From positions 429,226,001 through 429,290,000 of the forward strand of contig OZ024740.1 in NCBI GenBank assembly GCA_964016885.1: a DNA stretch of 64,000 bases. Reading direction: 5' to 3'. The position numbers were made by a program, and so were the translations under genes. Below the pieces are notes generated by a model. It searched no databases and was not told the origin of the DNA. It saw only the letters and a list, made by a program, of their open reading frames with translations. Positions 31,472 to 45,500 of the stretch are shown piece by piece. The stretch comes from Eledone cirrhosa (taxonomy: Eukaryota). The stretch's first letter is position 1. Each line of letters starts with the position of its first letter.

Positions 31472-31529
31472 CTTATTGAAACGCTTTTCACTCAACGATG
31501 ATAAACCGTCCATCGATGTGTAGTGAGAA

Positions 31530-31635
31530 TGTGTGTATATATGTGTAGAGACATGAGTGTGTTTATGTAATGTGTGTAATGTGCGTAACATAATGTACGC
31601 GTGTGTAATGTAATGTGTATACGTATGTGCGTATG

Positions 31636-31669
<34 letters not shown>

Positions 31670-33125
31670 AATGTATGCATGTGCACGCAATGTGTATCTA
31701 ATGCAATATGTGTATGTATATGTGTGTGTACCTAATGTGTATACGTATGTGCGTATGTATATATATATGTGGGGGTGTATGTGTGTCTGTGCGTGTGTAT
31801 GTATATATGTATGTATGTGTGTGTACCTAATGTGTATATGTACCTGCGTGTATATATATATGTGTATGTGTGTGTTTGTGTGTGTACGTATGCATGTCTA
31901 TGCAATGTGTATCTAATGTAATATGTGTATGTATGTGTGTATGTATATATGTGTATGTATGTATGTGTATATATATGTGTATGTATATGTGTATGTGTAC
32001 CTAATGTGACTTCTAGTTTTTGTCCTTGTTCTCCACCACGCCCTCCCACTCCCTCCCACCACCACTCCCTCCCACCACCATACCTCCTACCACCATCCCT
32101 CCCACTACCACTCCCTCCCACCACCACTTCCTCTCACTATCGTTCCATCACATCAATTTCCTCTGCACGTATGTCTGTGTGTGAGTGTGTCTATGTATGT
32201 GTGTATGTGTGTATGTGTATATGTGTGTATGTACATGTGTGTGCATGTGTGTGTCTATGTATGTGTATATGCATGTATGTGTATATGTGTGTATGTATAT
32301 GTGTGTGCATGTGCGTGTCTATGTATGTGTGTATGTGTGTATGTGTATATGTGTGTATGTACATGTGTGTGCATGTGTGTGTCTATGTATGTGTATATGC
32401 ATGTATGTGTATATGTGTGTATGTATATGTGTGTGCATGTGTGTGTCTATGTATCTGTATATGCATGTATGTGTATATGTGTGTATGTATATGTGTGTGC
32501 TTGTGCGTGTCTATGTATGTGTATGTGTGTATGTATATATGTGTGTATGTACATGTGTGTGCATGTGTGTGTCTATGTATGTGTATATGTGTATGTGTAT
32601 ATGTGTGTATGTATATGTGTGTGCATGTGTGTGTCTATGTATGTGTATATGCATGCATGTGTATATGTGTGTATGTATATGTGTGTGCATGTGTGTGTCT
32701 ATGTGTGTATATGCATGTATGTGTATATGTGTGTATGTATATGTTTGTGCATGTGTGTGTCTATGTATGTGTATATGCATGTATGTGTATGTGTGTGTAT
32801 GTATATGTGTGTGCATGTGTGTTTCTATGTATGTGTATATGCATGTATGTGTATATGTGTGTATGTATATGTGTGTGCATGTGTGTGTGTGTGTATGTGT
32901 GTATATGCATGTATGTGTATATGTGTGTATGTATATGTGTGTGCATGTGTGTGTGTCTATGTGTGTATATGCATGTATGTGTATATGTGTGTATGTATAT
33001 GTGTGTGCATGTGTGTGTGTCTATGTGTGTATATGCATGTATGTGTATATGTGTGTGCATGTGTGTGTGTCTATGTGTGTATATGCATGTATGTGTATAT
33101 GTGTGTATGTATATGTGTGTGTGTG
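31530..33125. repeat. Degenerate (GT/GTAT)n low-complexity tract
   Basis: Read directly; a short C-rich insert lies at 32030-32130. Confidence 0.95.
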
Positions 33126-33348
33126 ACTGAAAAGATTTGAATGAAATGAAGGAAAATAAAGAAATACTAGTAACAGATAGAAATAATAATAAAGTAAAGA
33201 GGAGGGGGAGTGGGGGAAAGAGAGAGAGTGAGGGGTGAGAGAGTGAGGGGGAGAGAGTGAGGGGGAGAGAGAGCGACAGAGAGAGAGAGTGGTAATAGAA
33301 GAATAAGGTAGGGAAAAGACACTATAGTGCATACACACACACACACAG

Positions 33349-33399
33349 GGCTTCCTGATGATTTCTCCCGAATAAAACAGTTCTAGTCCTGTAGAAGCC
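33349..33399 (+). ncRNA. Degenerate type I hammerhead motif
   Basis: Stem I GGCTTC/GAAGCC, CTGATGA, weak stem II, AAAA in place of GAAA, stem III CAG/CTG, triplet GTA. Confidence 0.55.
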
Positions 33400-34007
33400 A
33401 TTTCTATATTAAGTATTTATTCTCTGCTATGTATTGAGTACCTTACTTACTGTGGTTAGTAATATATATATAAATATATATATTTATTTCGTTTCTGAAT
33501 TTGTTTAGCAAGATTCTTTATCTGAAAACGTGTGTTGAAACCGATATTGTTATACTTTGGGAGGGTCATGTTGCCAATAAGAAACACACGCACCAGTTTC
33601 TTTCACTTCAATTTATTATAATAAATTTATAAATTTAGGAATTCCGGTTGGTTGGTTGGGTTGGTTCCACAACCAGATGGTTGTTTATATATTGTCAAAG
33701 TTCTTTCGTCACACATTCTGTGACCTCTTCAGTGACTGTGGATTCTTTTCTTTGTTTTTTGTGCCTCTCCTTTGTTCTGTCCTACGCCATCTTGTTTTTG
33801 TGTGTGTGTTGTGTGCTTAGTTTGCGCATTTGTTACATCCGGGTGTCTATGTGTTTATATTCGTTTATTTATTTGTTTATTTACATGTTACTGGTTGGTT
33901 GTTTGTTCTATGTGCGTGTGTGTTTTCATTTTGTCCTTAATTGTAAGTTGTGATGTTGCTGTTCCACTCATATTTTCTATTTACTTTTAATTTTGGTTGT
34001 AATTCAT

Positions 34008-34073
<66 letters not shown>

Positions 34074-34076
<3 letters not shown>

Positions 34077-34230
34077 GAGTAGGACCCCGACGGCTGAGCT
34101 CAAGCCGTTTCGAAACGGCTTGAGCTCAGCCGTCGGGGTCCTACTCGTTCCTATTACCCACTCTACTACCCTAAGTATTGAGTACTTTGGTGTGTTATGG
34201 TCCACCTGGTTCCTTACCACATTTCCTCCG

Positions 34231-34232
<2 letters not shown>
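34074..34232 (+). mobile_element. Fold-back element in (TA)n, second full copy
   Basis: 76-bp palindrome 34074-34149 centred on TTTCGAAA, plus the same unique tail as 22898-22975. (TA)n on both sides. Confidence 0.7.
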
Positions 34233-34281
<49 letters not shown>

Positions 34282-34820
34282 AAAAAGTTTTATAATGTAT
34301 ATAAAGTATATAAAGTATATAAAGTATATAAAGTATATAAAGTATATAAAGTATTACCGGTTTCGATGTATTATTAAAATTCATCTTATCAAATCTTGAG
34401 TATTGAAATAAAAAATTAAAAAGAATAGGAGTTACAAGATTTAAAATTAAAAATTAAAAATGTATATATATATATATCAATATATACACACACACACGTT
34501 CCCTCAAACCATATTCCAATAATAGAATTTCTCTTACACTCCTGCTGCTGTCATAGAACTTACCTGTAGCTTACAATTCCCCATCCTCTTTTGAACTCTT
34601 GACCAGTTAATTAACACAATCAGATATACACACACATATTTACAGGATGTTTCCAAAAAACAACTTTGTTTTGTGAAGAAACACAACTGCTGCTATCTTC
34701 ACTACCACCCTTCTATTAACAAGAACTCATTCTCCAGCCAAATTTTGAGCAAGAAAGATGGAAGAAAACTTACTCCAACATTTTTTATTTTAATTTTAAA
34801 TCTTTAATTTTTAATTTTTA

Positions 34821-34986
34821 GCTGACTTTTGGGAGGCTCCCGTACAGCTCTGAGTTCTTCATCCTCAGCGTATACTGATTAATGTTCAGAGCCATCCTCA
34901 GCATTCTCGTGTAGCACCAATCCACCATATGACTGAGTCCCTTGGTCAGTGTCCAAGTCTCAGACCCGTACAGCAGCACAACTCCA
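34821..34986 (-). mobile_element. LINE (RTE-like) RT C-terminal fragment
   Basis: Manual translation: GVVLLYGSETWTLTKGLSHMVDWCYTRMLRMALNINQYTLRMKNSELYGSLPKVS. Confidence 0.85.
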
Positions 34987-35070
34987 AGTTAAATGATATC
35001 TGTAGAGAGAGAACGAGTCACATATTGTTTGGGAAACACACAGTATTTTGAAGACATATATAAAGCAAAT

Positions 35071-35252
35071 AATTGTTTCTACTTTAGGCACAAGGCCAGC
35101 AATTACCCAGTGCATTACTGGTACTTTATTTTATCGACCCCGTAAGGATGAAAGGCAAAGTCAACCTCGGCGGGATTTGAACTCGGATCGTAAAGGGACG
35201 TAACTATGCTGGAAAGCATGGCGTCGACCCTCTACTGATACTGCCAATCCAC
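35071..35252 (-). mobile_element. tRNA-derived SINE, family A
   Basis: Colinear with 468-649; possible TSD CAAATAAT. Confidence 0.88.
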
Positions 35253-35340
35253 CAAATAATATTTATGAAATATACCTGTTTAATAAATTGAATGACATCA
35301 CCACTGAGTTTACCTACAAAATATTTGAATATTCCGTAGA

Positions 35341-36076
35341 CAAGTGGAATCAGTGTGACACAGTGTGACAAGGTGGCACCCTTGAGTTACAAGTGGAATC
35401 AGCCTGACACAGTGTGACAAGGCGACACCCTGGAGTTACAATTGGAATCAGTGTGACACAGTGTGACAAGGTGGCACACTTGAGTTACAATTGGAATCAG
35501 CCTGACATAGTATGACAATGTGGCACACTTGAGTTACAAGTGGAATCAGCCTGACATAGTGTGACAAGGAGGCACATTTGAGTTACAAGTAGAATTAGTG
35601 TGACACAGTATGACAAGGAGGCACACTTGAGTTACAAGTGGAATCAGCCTGACATAGTATGACAAGGTGGCACACTTGAGTTACAAGTGGAATCAGCCTG
35701 ACATAGTGTGACAAGGAGGCACACTTGAGTTACAAGTGGAATCAGCCTGACATAGTGTGACAAGGAGGCACACTTGAGTTACAAGTGGAATCAGCCTGAC
35801 ATAGTGTGACAAGGCGACACCCTGGAGTTACAATTGGAATCAGTGTGACACAGTGTGACAAGGTGGCACACTTGAGTTACAAGTGGAATTAGTGTGACAT
35901 AGTGTGACAAGGCGACACACTTAGGTTACAAGTGGAATCAGTGTGACATTGTGTGACAAGGAGGCACACTTGAGTTACAAGTAGAATTAGTGTGACACAG
36001 TGTGACAAGGCGACACACTTGGGTTACAAGTGGAATTAGTGTGACACAGTGTGACAAGGCGACACACTTGGGTTAC
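35341..36076. repeat. 49-bp minisatellite, about 15 copies
   Basis: Unit CAAGTGGAATCAGTGTGACACAGTGTGACAAGGTGGCACACTTGAGTTA, with an internal 10-bp direct repeat. Confidence 0.96.
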
Positions 36077-36127
36077 TGGTACAATCCACCCGATTAGCTT
36101 CCATTCAGTTTCAGTCTTACAGTACTA

Positions 36128-36378
36128 TAAAGTCTATCTGGAGCCCAGAGTCTCATCAGGCCGGTGCTTAGCTCGGCTTTCCTGACATTAAGTGAATGAG
36201 AGTACAAGAACCACCCCCAGGACAGGACACCAGTCCATCACAGGCTTAAACTCCCAGTTACTGCTGTTATTCATCTTCAGCTGAGTATACTGGAGCAACC
36301 TTAAATTAAGTCCAGGAATCGAACCCACGACATTATGATCGTAAGTTCAACCCCTTACCACTGGGTCATGCACCTCCT
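36128..36378 (-). mobile_element. tRNA-derived SINE of a different family
   Basis: Minus strand: TGACCCAGTGGTAAG A-box, GGTTCGATTCC B-box, CCTGTGATGGACTGGTGTCCTGTCCTGGGGG body, AGACTTTA-type tail. Confidence 0.72.
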
Positions 36379-36476
36379 TTTGTCGACGCTAAACTATGGT
36401 ACACTGCGGGATCGAACACGCGATTTCATGAGAGCAAAGTGAACTTCTTAAGCAGTCAGCCATGCCTGCGTCTATA

Positions 36477-36495
36477 ACAACAACAACAACAAAAA

Positions 36496-36550
<55 letters not shown>
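36477..36550. repeat. (CAA)n(CAG)n trinucleotide repeat
   Basis: Read directly. Confidence 0.95.
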
Positions 36551-36551
<1 letters not shown>

Positions 36552-38874
36552 GGAGTAAAACAAGGAGAAGGAAGAGGAAAAGGGCGAAGTAAAATGAAGT
36601 AGAATGAAGAAAATGGCGTAAGATGTAAAAGAGGAAACAGCCCGGTCGGATCGAGAGAGGAGGGGAGGGGGTAGAGGGGTAGAGAGAGGAGTAGAGAGGG
36701 CGGTAGAGAGGGCGGTAGAGAGAGAGAGAGAGATGGGTAAAGAAGAAGCTATCTTTAATGGGTCACGCAAGAGGATTCAGCATCGGCAAGGAATCAATTA
36801 TGCGTTTCTACTGGTGCTTACCATAGTATCGGTTACATTTAGCGTGTGTAAAAATAATGTATTTCATCACGGGAGTCATCAATCTGTCAGAGAACAAATT
36901 GTTTTTCCCTCCTTGCCAGTCATGGCCGGCACAAATCCTTCAACTGCCAAACTGCCGTCGCCTGCTTATTCAATTTTATTTCCTTATTCTTCCTTCGCTT
37001 TCACATCACATGTACATATCTCAAACGGTGAATGTGATTTTAATTTCAATGCCGCCTTTTCTTTACCTGCTTGTCTTACTTTATCATATCTTATCTTACC
37101 TTATCTTACCTTAATTTACCAAGTGAAATCTGTAACTGATTGAGTATTTAGAATGCCGAGATATCGAATTGCCTGCAAGCCAAGCCGGAGAGACGTTAAT
37201 TTCGTACATTCTGGCACTGAAAGTGTGATGCGCTCTGTTTCTGGTAAACAAACATATTGAACTCTGTGTGGTCGCTATTTCACTAAGATCTATCTAAGAT
37301 CTAAATAAGAACCACGAGGAAAGATAGTTTGTTTCATCGATGTCGTGTAAGCCAGGGATACACAACAATTTTCAGAAACTGGACCAGAAAATTTATGAGG
37401 AAAACTTTATAGACCACCAATATATAATTTTACTTTTAATTGTTTTATGCATCACAGCAGTTTAGAAATGTATCATTTCATTGTGTAATTAGATACATGG
37501 AAATGTAGATTTAATATATTTAAATTTTAGATTGCCTTATATAAAAAGTATAAGGGACTTCCATGGTCTTATGAATCTCGCTGTTGACCAGCAAATTTTT
37601 ATAAGGACCACATGGACCCAATCTCGCTGTTGACCAGCAAATTTTGATAAGGACCACATGTGGTCTACCTGGACAACATTGTTTATAACTGGTGTAGATA
37701 GCAGGGGATTGGGTAATGGGAACGTATTTCTTTAGTTTTTGTTGTGGTTAATTTCCTTCGGTTCAAACCTACCACGAGAGAGCATAAAGGAAAAAGTAAA
37801 ACCTTTACAAAAATAAGGATTATTTTTATTTAGGGGTGGGGGCTTCTCAATCTCTTGTCACCCCGAATGCTGTGAAAAGATTCCACAGATCTTGACTATG
37901 ACGCAGAATACTTTTAGAAAATAAACATTAAAATTGTTTAGTATTCTATTGGACTGTGGCCATGCTGGAGCACCGCCTTCTAGACTATAGTTGATATTTT
38001 ATTTTAAGTACTTTATCGATCTGGGAAAGGTGAACGGCAAAGTGGATCTATCTTACCTGTAGGTATTTTATCTATTCCAGATAGTATATTTTCATTTGGA
38101 AATAGATATTTTAAAAGCCGAGAGATAAAGTTTGTTGAACAGACACCAGAATATTACTGGTATTTTTCCCATCTTGGTGGGAACAAAAACGAAGTCAACT
38201 CAGCCAGGACTTAAACGCAAATCAAAACGAAACTAAATATATAAACCACATTTCTGTCAGCTCAAAGCTTTTGGGGTGGGGTGGGGTGAGAGGGGGGGGG
38301 GGTTTACTCAGGATAGGGACTCTTTACTTTGAGAAAAGGGAATATGGGAAGTCGTGATGTTCATGGCGTTCCAAGAAGTATAAAATAGAATGAAACCTTT
38401 TAAACTAGCAATCGAAACCAAATTATTATTTTAACAATTAATTAATTAAATAAATAAAGAAATAAGTAAAATAAATACTGGAATCGAGGTATTTCTGTTG
38501 TTTATCCCCAGGTAGCCTTATTCGAGCAGACCCTTGATTAAAGGCCTTTTAACCGTGACCATCCCTTCTTTTCAACATAACCTACTCACTGCTATCGGAG
38601 CAGAGTTGGCCACGCACAAGTGCGAGCCCTACAAGGTGAAGTGGTTGTTCCAAAGCGTCTCCCTCAGCCCTCTCTGGAGAAATGTCTTCTCCATCCTGTC
38701 GACCGAGACCCAGAGGTGGAGGGTAAGTTAGTTGGAAGTGGAGGATATTCGTTCGGACGCCACTTTTACTGATATTATTAAAACTCTTAGTTACTGTTAT
38801 TTTATGAGTTATGGTGGTTTAGTGGTTTGGAGTGTATATACAATTTCTATTTTCAATGCACCTTCCATCTATAA

Positions 38875-39066
38875 ATTGTTTCTACTTTTGGCACAAGGCC
38901 AGCAATTATCCTAGTGTATTACTGGTATTGTATTTTATCGACCCCATAAGGATGAAAGGCAAAATTAACCCCGGCGGGATTTGAACTCAGACCATAAAGG
39001 GCTGTAACTCTTTGCTATAAAGCATGGCGTCAGACCCTCTACCGATACTGCCAATCCACCGCCTTT
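38875..39066 (-). mobile_element. tRNA-derived SINE, family A, with 13-bp TSD
   Basis: CATCTATAAATTG at 38866-38878 and 39067-39079. Confidence 0.9.
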
Positions 39067-39547
39067 CATCTATAAATTGCAGCCAAATCTCCCTCTAATC
39101 ACAGGCCACCATCTTAGAAAAATCCATTTTGGATAAGGTATTTGAAATGAGCCAAACTACCTGTAAGTTACGCCACTTCTGAGAGGAATGACCACCAATA
39201 TAACTGAGTCAGAAGTCGTTTACTGTAGACAAAAGATGTATGAAATAGGATAACCATAAATGGGGGTGAGGTCGCAGTTATGTGACTGTGTGTTTTTTTC
39301 AGACATAGAGGTCTTTTAAGATGTGTTTGGGATGTTCCATTATGTAGTGAGAATAGATGTGAAGGGAGGGTGGCACTCATGTGGGTATGTGGTGAATATA
39401 ACAATTGAATGAAAGGGGTTACATGTTCAATGCTGAGCAAAATATGTCCCCAGAAAATGTTGCTAATTTAACACCTCACATCATTCCTGGGTACCATGAA
39501 CATATGAATAAAAAAAACGGTATTATCAAGACTAGAACACTTTAGTC

Positions 39548-42500
39548 ATAGGTCACTCTCACCAACATAGGTCACACTCTCACCAACATAGGTCACACTC
39601 TCACCAACATAGGTCAGACTCTCACCAACATAGGACACACTCTCACCAACATAGGTCACACTCTCACCAACATAGGTCACACTCTCACCAACATAGGTCA
39701 CACCCTCACCAACATAGGTCAGACTCTCACCAACATAGGACACACTCTCACCAACATAGGTCACACTCTCACCAACATAGGTCACACTCTCACCAACATA
39801 GGTCACACCCTCACCAACATAGGTCAGACTCTCACCAACATAGGACACACTCTCACCAACATAGGTCACACTCTCACCAACATAGGTCACACTCTCACCA
39901 ACATAGGTCACACCCTCACCAACATAGGTCACACTCTCACCAATATAGGACACACTGTCACCAACATAGGACACACTCTCACCAACATAGGTCACACTCT
40001 CACCAACATAGGTCACACTCTCACCAACATAGGTCACACTCTCACCAACATAGGTCACACTCTCAACAACATAGGTCACACTCTCATCAACATAGGTCAC
40101 ACCCTCAACAAAATAGGTCACACTCTCACCAACATAGGTCACACTCACACCAACATAGGTCACACTCTCACCAACATAGGACACACTCTCACCAACATAG
40201 GTCACACTCTCACCAACATAGGTCACACTCTCACCGACATAGGTCACACTCTCACCAACATAGGTCACACTCACACCAACATAGGTCACACTCTCACCAA
40301 CATAGGACACACTCTCACCAACATAGGTCACACTCTCACCAACATAGGACACACTCTCACCAACATAGATCACACCCTCAACAACATAGGTCACACCCTC
40401 AGCAACATAGGTCACACTCTCACCAACATAGGTCACACTCTCAACAACATAGGTCACACTCTCAACAACATAGGTCACACTCTCATCAACATAGGTCACA
40501 CTCTCACCAACATAGGTCACACTCTCAACAACATAGGTCTCACTCTAACCAACATAGGTCACACTCTCACCAACATAGGACACACTCACACCAACATAGA
40601 TCACACCCTCACCAACATAGATCACACTCTCACCAACATAGGTCAAACTCTCACCAACATAGGTCACACTCTCACCAACATAGGTCACACTCTCACCAAC
40701 ATAGGTCACACCCTCACCAACATAGGTCAGACTCTCACCAACATAGGTCACACTCTCACCAACATTGGCCACACTCTCACCAACATAGGTCACACTCTCA
40801 CCAACATAGGTCAGACTCTCACCAACATAGGACACACTCTCACCAACATAGGTCACACTCTCACCAACATAGGTCACACTCTCACCAACATAGGTCACAC
40901 CCTCACCAACATAGGTCACACTCTCACCAACATAGGACACACTCTCACCAACATAGGTCACACTCTCACCAACATAGGTCACCCTCTCACCGACATAGGT
41001 CACACTCTCACCAACATAGGTCACACTCTCACCAACATAGGACACACTCTCACCAACATAGATCACACCCTCAACAACATAGGTCACACCATCAACAACA
41101 TAGGTCACACTCTCACCAACATAGGTCACACTCTCAACAACATAGGTCACACTCTCAACAACATAGGTCACACTCTCATCAACATAGGTCACACTCTCAC
41201 CAACATAGGTCACACTCTCAACAACATAGGTCACACTCTCAACAACATAGGTCACACTCTCATCAACATAGGTCACACTCTCATCAACATAGGTCACACT
41301 CTCACCAACATAGGTCACACTCTCAACAACATAGGTCTCACTCTAACCAACATAGGTCACACTCTCACCAACATAGGACACACTCACACCAACATAGATC
41401 ACACCCTCACCAACATAGATCACACTCTCACCAACATAGGTCACACTCTCACCAACATAGGTCACACTCTCACCAACATAGGTCACACTCTCACCAACAT
41501 AGGTCACACCCTCAACAACATAGGACACACTTTCACCAACATAGGTCACACTCTCACCAACATAGGTCACACCCTCACCAACATAGGTCAAACTCTCACC
41601 AACATAGGTCACACTCTCACCAACATAGGCCACACTCTCACCAACATAGGTCACACTCTCACCAACATAGGTCAGACTCTCACCAACATAGGACACACTC
41701 TCACCAACATAGGTCACACTCTCACCAACATAGGTCACACTCTCACCAACATAGGTCACACCCTCACCAAAATAGGTCAGACTCTCACCAACATAGGACA
41801 CACTCTCACCAACATAGGTCACACTCTCACCAACATAGGTCACACTATCACCAACATAGGTCACACCCTCACCAACATAGGTCAGACTCTCACCAACATA
41901 GGACACACTCTCACCAACATAGGTCACACTCTCACCAACATAGGTCACACTCTCATCAACATAGGTCACACCCTCACCAACATAGGTCACACTCTCACCA
42001 ATATAGGACACACTGTCACCAACATAGGACACACTCTCACCAACATAGGTCACACTCTCACCAACATAGGTCACACCCTCAACAACATAGGTCACACTCT
42101 CACCAACATAGGTCACACTCTCACCAACATAGGTCACACTCTCACCAACATAGGTCACACTCTCACCGACATAGGTCACACTCTCACCAACATAGGTCAC
42201 ACTCACACCAACATAGGTCACACTCTCACCAACATAGGACACACTCTCACCAACATAGGTCACACTCTCACCAACATAGGACACACTCTCACCAACATAG
42301 ATCACACCCTCAACAACATAGGTCACACCATCAACAACATAGGTCACACTCTCACCAACATAGGTCACACTCTCAACAACATAGGTCACACTCTCAACAA
42401 CATAGGTCACACTCTCATCAACATAGGTCACACTCTCACCAACATACGTCACACTCTCAACAACATAGGTCTCACTCTCACCAACATAGGCCACACGCTC

Positions 42501-45500
42501 ACCAACATAGGTCACACTCTCACCAACATAGGTCACACCCTCACCAACATAGATCACACTCTCACCAACATAGGTCACACTCTCACCAACATAGGTCACA
42601 CTCTCACCAACATAGGTCACACTCTCACCAACATAGGTCACACCCTCACCAACATAGGTCAGACTCTCACCAACATAGGTCACACTCACACCAACATAGG
42701 TCACACTCTCACCAACATAGGACACACTCTCACCAACATAGGTCACACTCTCACCAACATAGGTCACACCCTCAACAACATAGGTCACACTCTCACCAAC
42801 ATAGGTCACACTCTCACCAACATAGGTCACACTCTCACCAACATAGGTCACCATCTCACCGACATAGGTCACACTCTCACCAACATAGGTCACACTCACA
42901 CCAACATAGGTCACACTCTCACCAACATAGGACACACTCTCACCAACATAGGTCACACTCTCACCAACATAGGACACACTCTCACCAACATAGATCACAC
43001 CCTCAACAACATAGGTCACACCATCAACAACATAGGTCACACTCTCACCAACATAGGTCACACTCTCACCAACATAGGTCACACTCTCAACAACATAGGT
43101 CACACTCTCAACAACATAGGTCACACTCTCATCAACATAGGTCACACTCTCACCAACATAGGTCACACTCTCACAAATATAGGTCACACTCTCACCAACA
43201 TAGGTCACACTCTCAACAACATAGGTCACACTCTCATCAACATAGGTCACACCCTCAACAACATAGGTCACACTCTCACCAACATAGGTCACACTCACAC
43301 CAACATAGGTCACACTCTCACCAACATAGGACACACTCTCACCAACATAGGTCACACTCTCACCAACATAGGTCACACCCTCAACAACATAGGTCACACT
43401 CTCACCAACATAGGTCACACTCTCACCAACATAGGTCACACTCTCACCAACATAGGTCACCCTCTCACCGACATAGGTCACACTCTCACCAACATAGGTC
43501 ACACTCACACCAACATAGGTCACACTCTCACCAACATAGGACACACTCTCACCAACATAGGTCACACTCTCACCAACATAGGACACACTCTCACCAACAT
43601 AGATCACACCCTCAACAACATAGGTCACACCATCAACAACATAGGTCACACTCTCACCAACATAGGTCACACTCTCAACAACATAGGTCACACTCTCAAC
43701 AACATAGGTCACACTCTCATCAACATAGGTCAAACTCTCACAAACATAGGTCACACTCTCAACAACATAGGTCTCACTCTCACCAACATAGGTCACACTC
43801 TCACCAACATAGGACACACTCACACCAACATAGATCACACCCTCACCAACATAGATCACACTCTCACCAACATAGGTCACACTCTCACCAACATATGTCA
43901 CACTCTCACCAACATAGGTCACACTCTCACCAACATAGGTCACACTCTCACCAACATAGGTCACACTCTCACCAACATAGGTCACACTCTCACCAACATA
44001 GGTCAGACTCTCACCAACATAGGTCACACTCTCACCAACATAGGTCACACCCTCACCAACATAGGTCAGACTCTCACCAACATTGGTCGCACTCTCACCA
44101 ACATAGGCCACACTCTCACTAACATAGGACACACTCTCACCAACATAGATCACACCCTCAACAACATAGGTCACACCCTCAGCAACATAGGTCACACTCT
44201 CACCAACATAGGTCACACTCTCAACAACATAGGTCACACTCTCATCAACATAGGTCACACCCTCAACAACATAGGTCACACTCTCACCAACATAGGTCAC
44301 ACTCACACCAACATAGGTCACACTCTCACCAATATAGGACACACTCTCACCAACATAGGTCACACTCTCACCAACATAGGTCACACCCTCAACAACATAG
44401 GTCACACTCTCACCAACATAGGTCACACTCTCACCAACATAGGTCACACTCTCACCAACATAGGTCACCCTCTCACCGACATAGGTCACACTCTCACCAA
44501 CATAGGTCACACTCTCACCAACATAGGACACACTCTCACCAACATAGATCACACCCTCAACAACATAGGTCACACCATCAACAACATAGGTCACACTCTC
44601 ACCAACATAGGTCACACTCTCAACAACATAGGTCACACTCTCAACAACATAGGTCACACTCTCATCAACATAGGTCACACTCTCACCAACATAGGTCACA
44701 CTCTCAACAACATAGGTCACACTCTCAACAACATAGGTCACACTCTCATCAACATAGGTCACACTCTCATCAACATAGGTCACACTCTCACCAACATAGG
44801 TCACACTCTCAACAACATAGGTCTCACTCTAACCAACATAGGTCACACTCTCACCAACATAGGACACACTCACACCAACATAGATCACACCCTCACCAAC
44901 ATAGATCACACTCTCACCAACATAGGTCACACTCTCACCAACATAGGTCACACTCTCACCAACATAGGTCACACTCTCACCAACATAGGTCACACCCTCA
45001 ACAACATAGGACACACTTTCACCAACATAGGTCACACTCTCACCAACATAGGTCACACCCTCACCAACATAGGTCAAACTCTCACCAACATAGGTCACAC
45101 TCTCACCAACATAGGCCACACTCTCACCAACATAGGTCACACTCTCACCAACATAGGTCAGACTCTCACCAACATAGGACACACTCTCACCAACATAGGT
45201 CACACTCTCACCAACATAGGTCACACTCTCACCAACATAGGTCACACCCTCACCAACATAGGTCAGACTCTCACCAACAAAGGACACACTCTCACCAACA
45301 TAGGTCACACTCTCACCAACATAGGTCACACTCTCATCAACATAGGTCACACCCTCACCAACATAGGTCACACACTCACCAATATAGGACACACTGTCAC
45401 CAACATAGGACACACTCTCACCAACATAGGTCACACTCTCACCAACATAGGTCACACTCTCACCAACATAGGTCACACTCTCACCAACATAGGTCACACT

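Noticed and set aside
33520-33550. CTGAAAA..GAAACCGATA hammerhead-like string in a repeat also seen at 27060
   Set aside because: Core mismatches, with no stem I or II pairing.
36733-37143. 136-aa ATG ORF
   Set aside because: No recognisable domain; it ends in a (CTTAT/CTTAC) simple repeat.
37400-37695. Possible hAT-type MITE with a ~47-bp internal duplication (37574-37659)
   Set aside because: Terminal inverted repeats and TSDs could not be defined.
39160-39250. Possible minus-strand exon (strong pyrimidine tract plus CAG acceptor; CAG|GTAG donor)
   Set aside because: All three frames contain a stop and no partner exons were found; it cannot be supported as coding.
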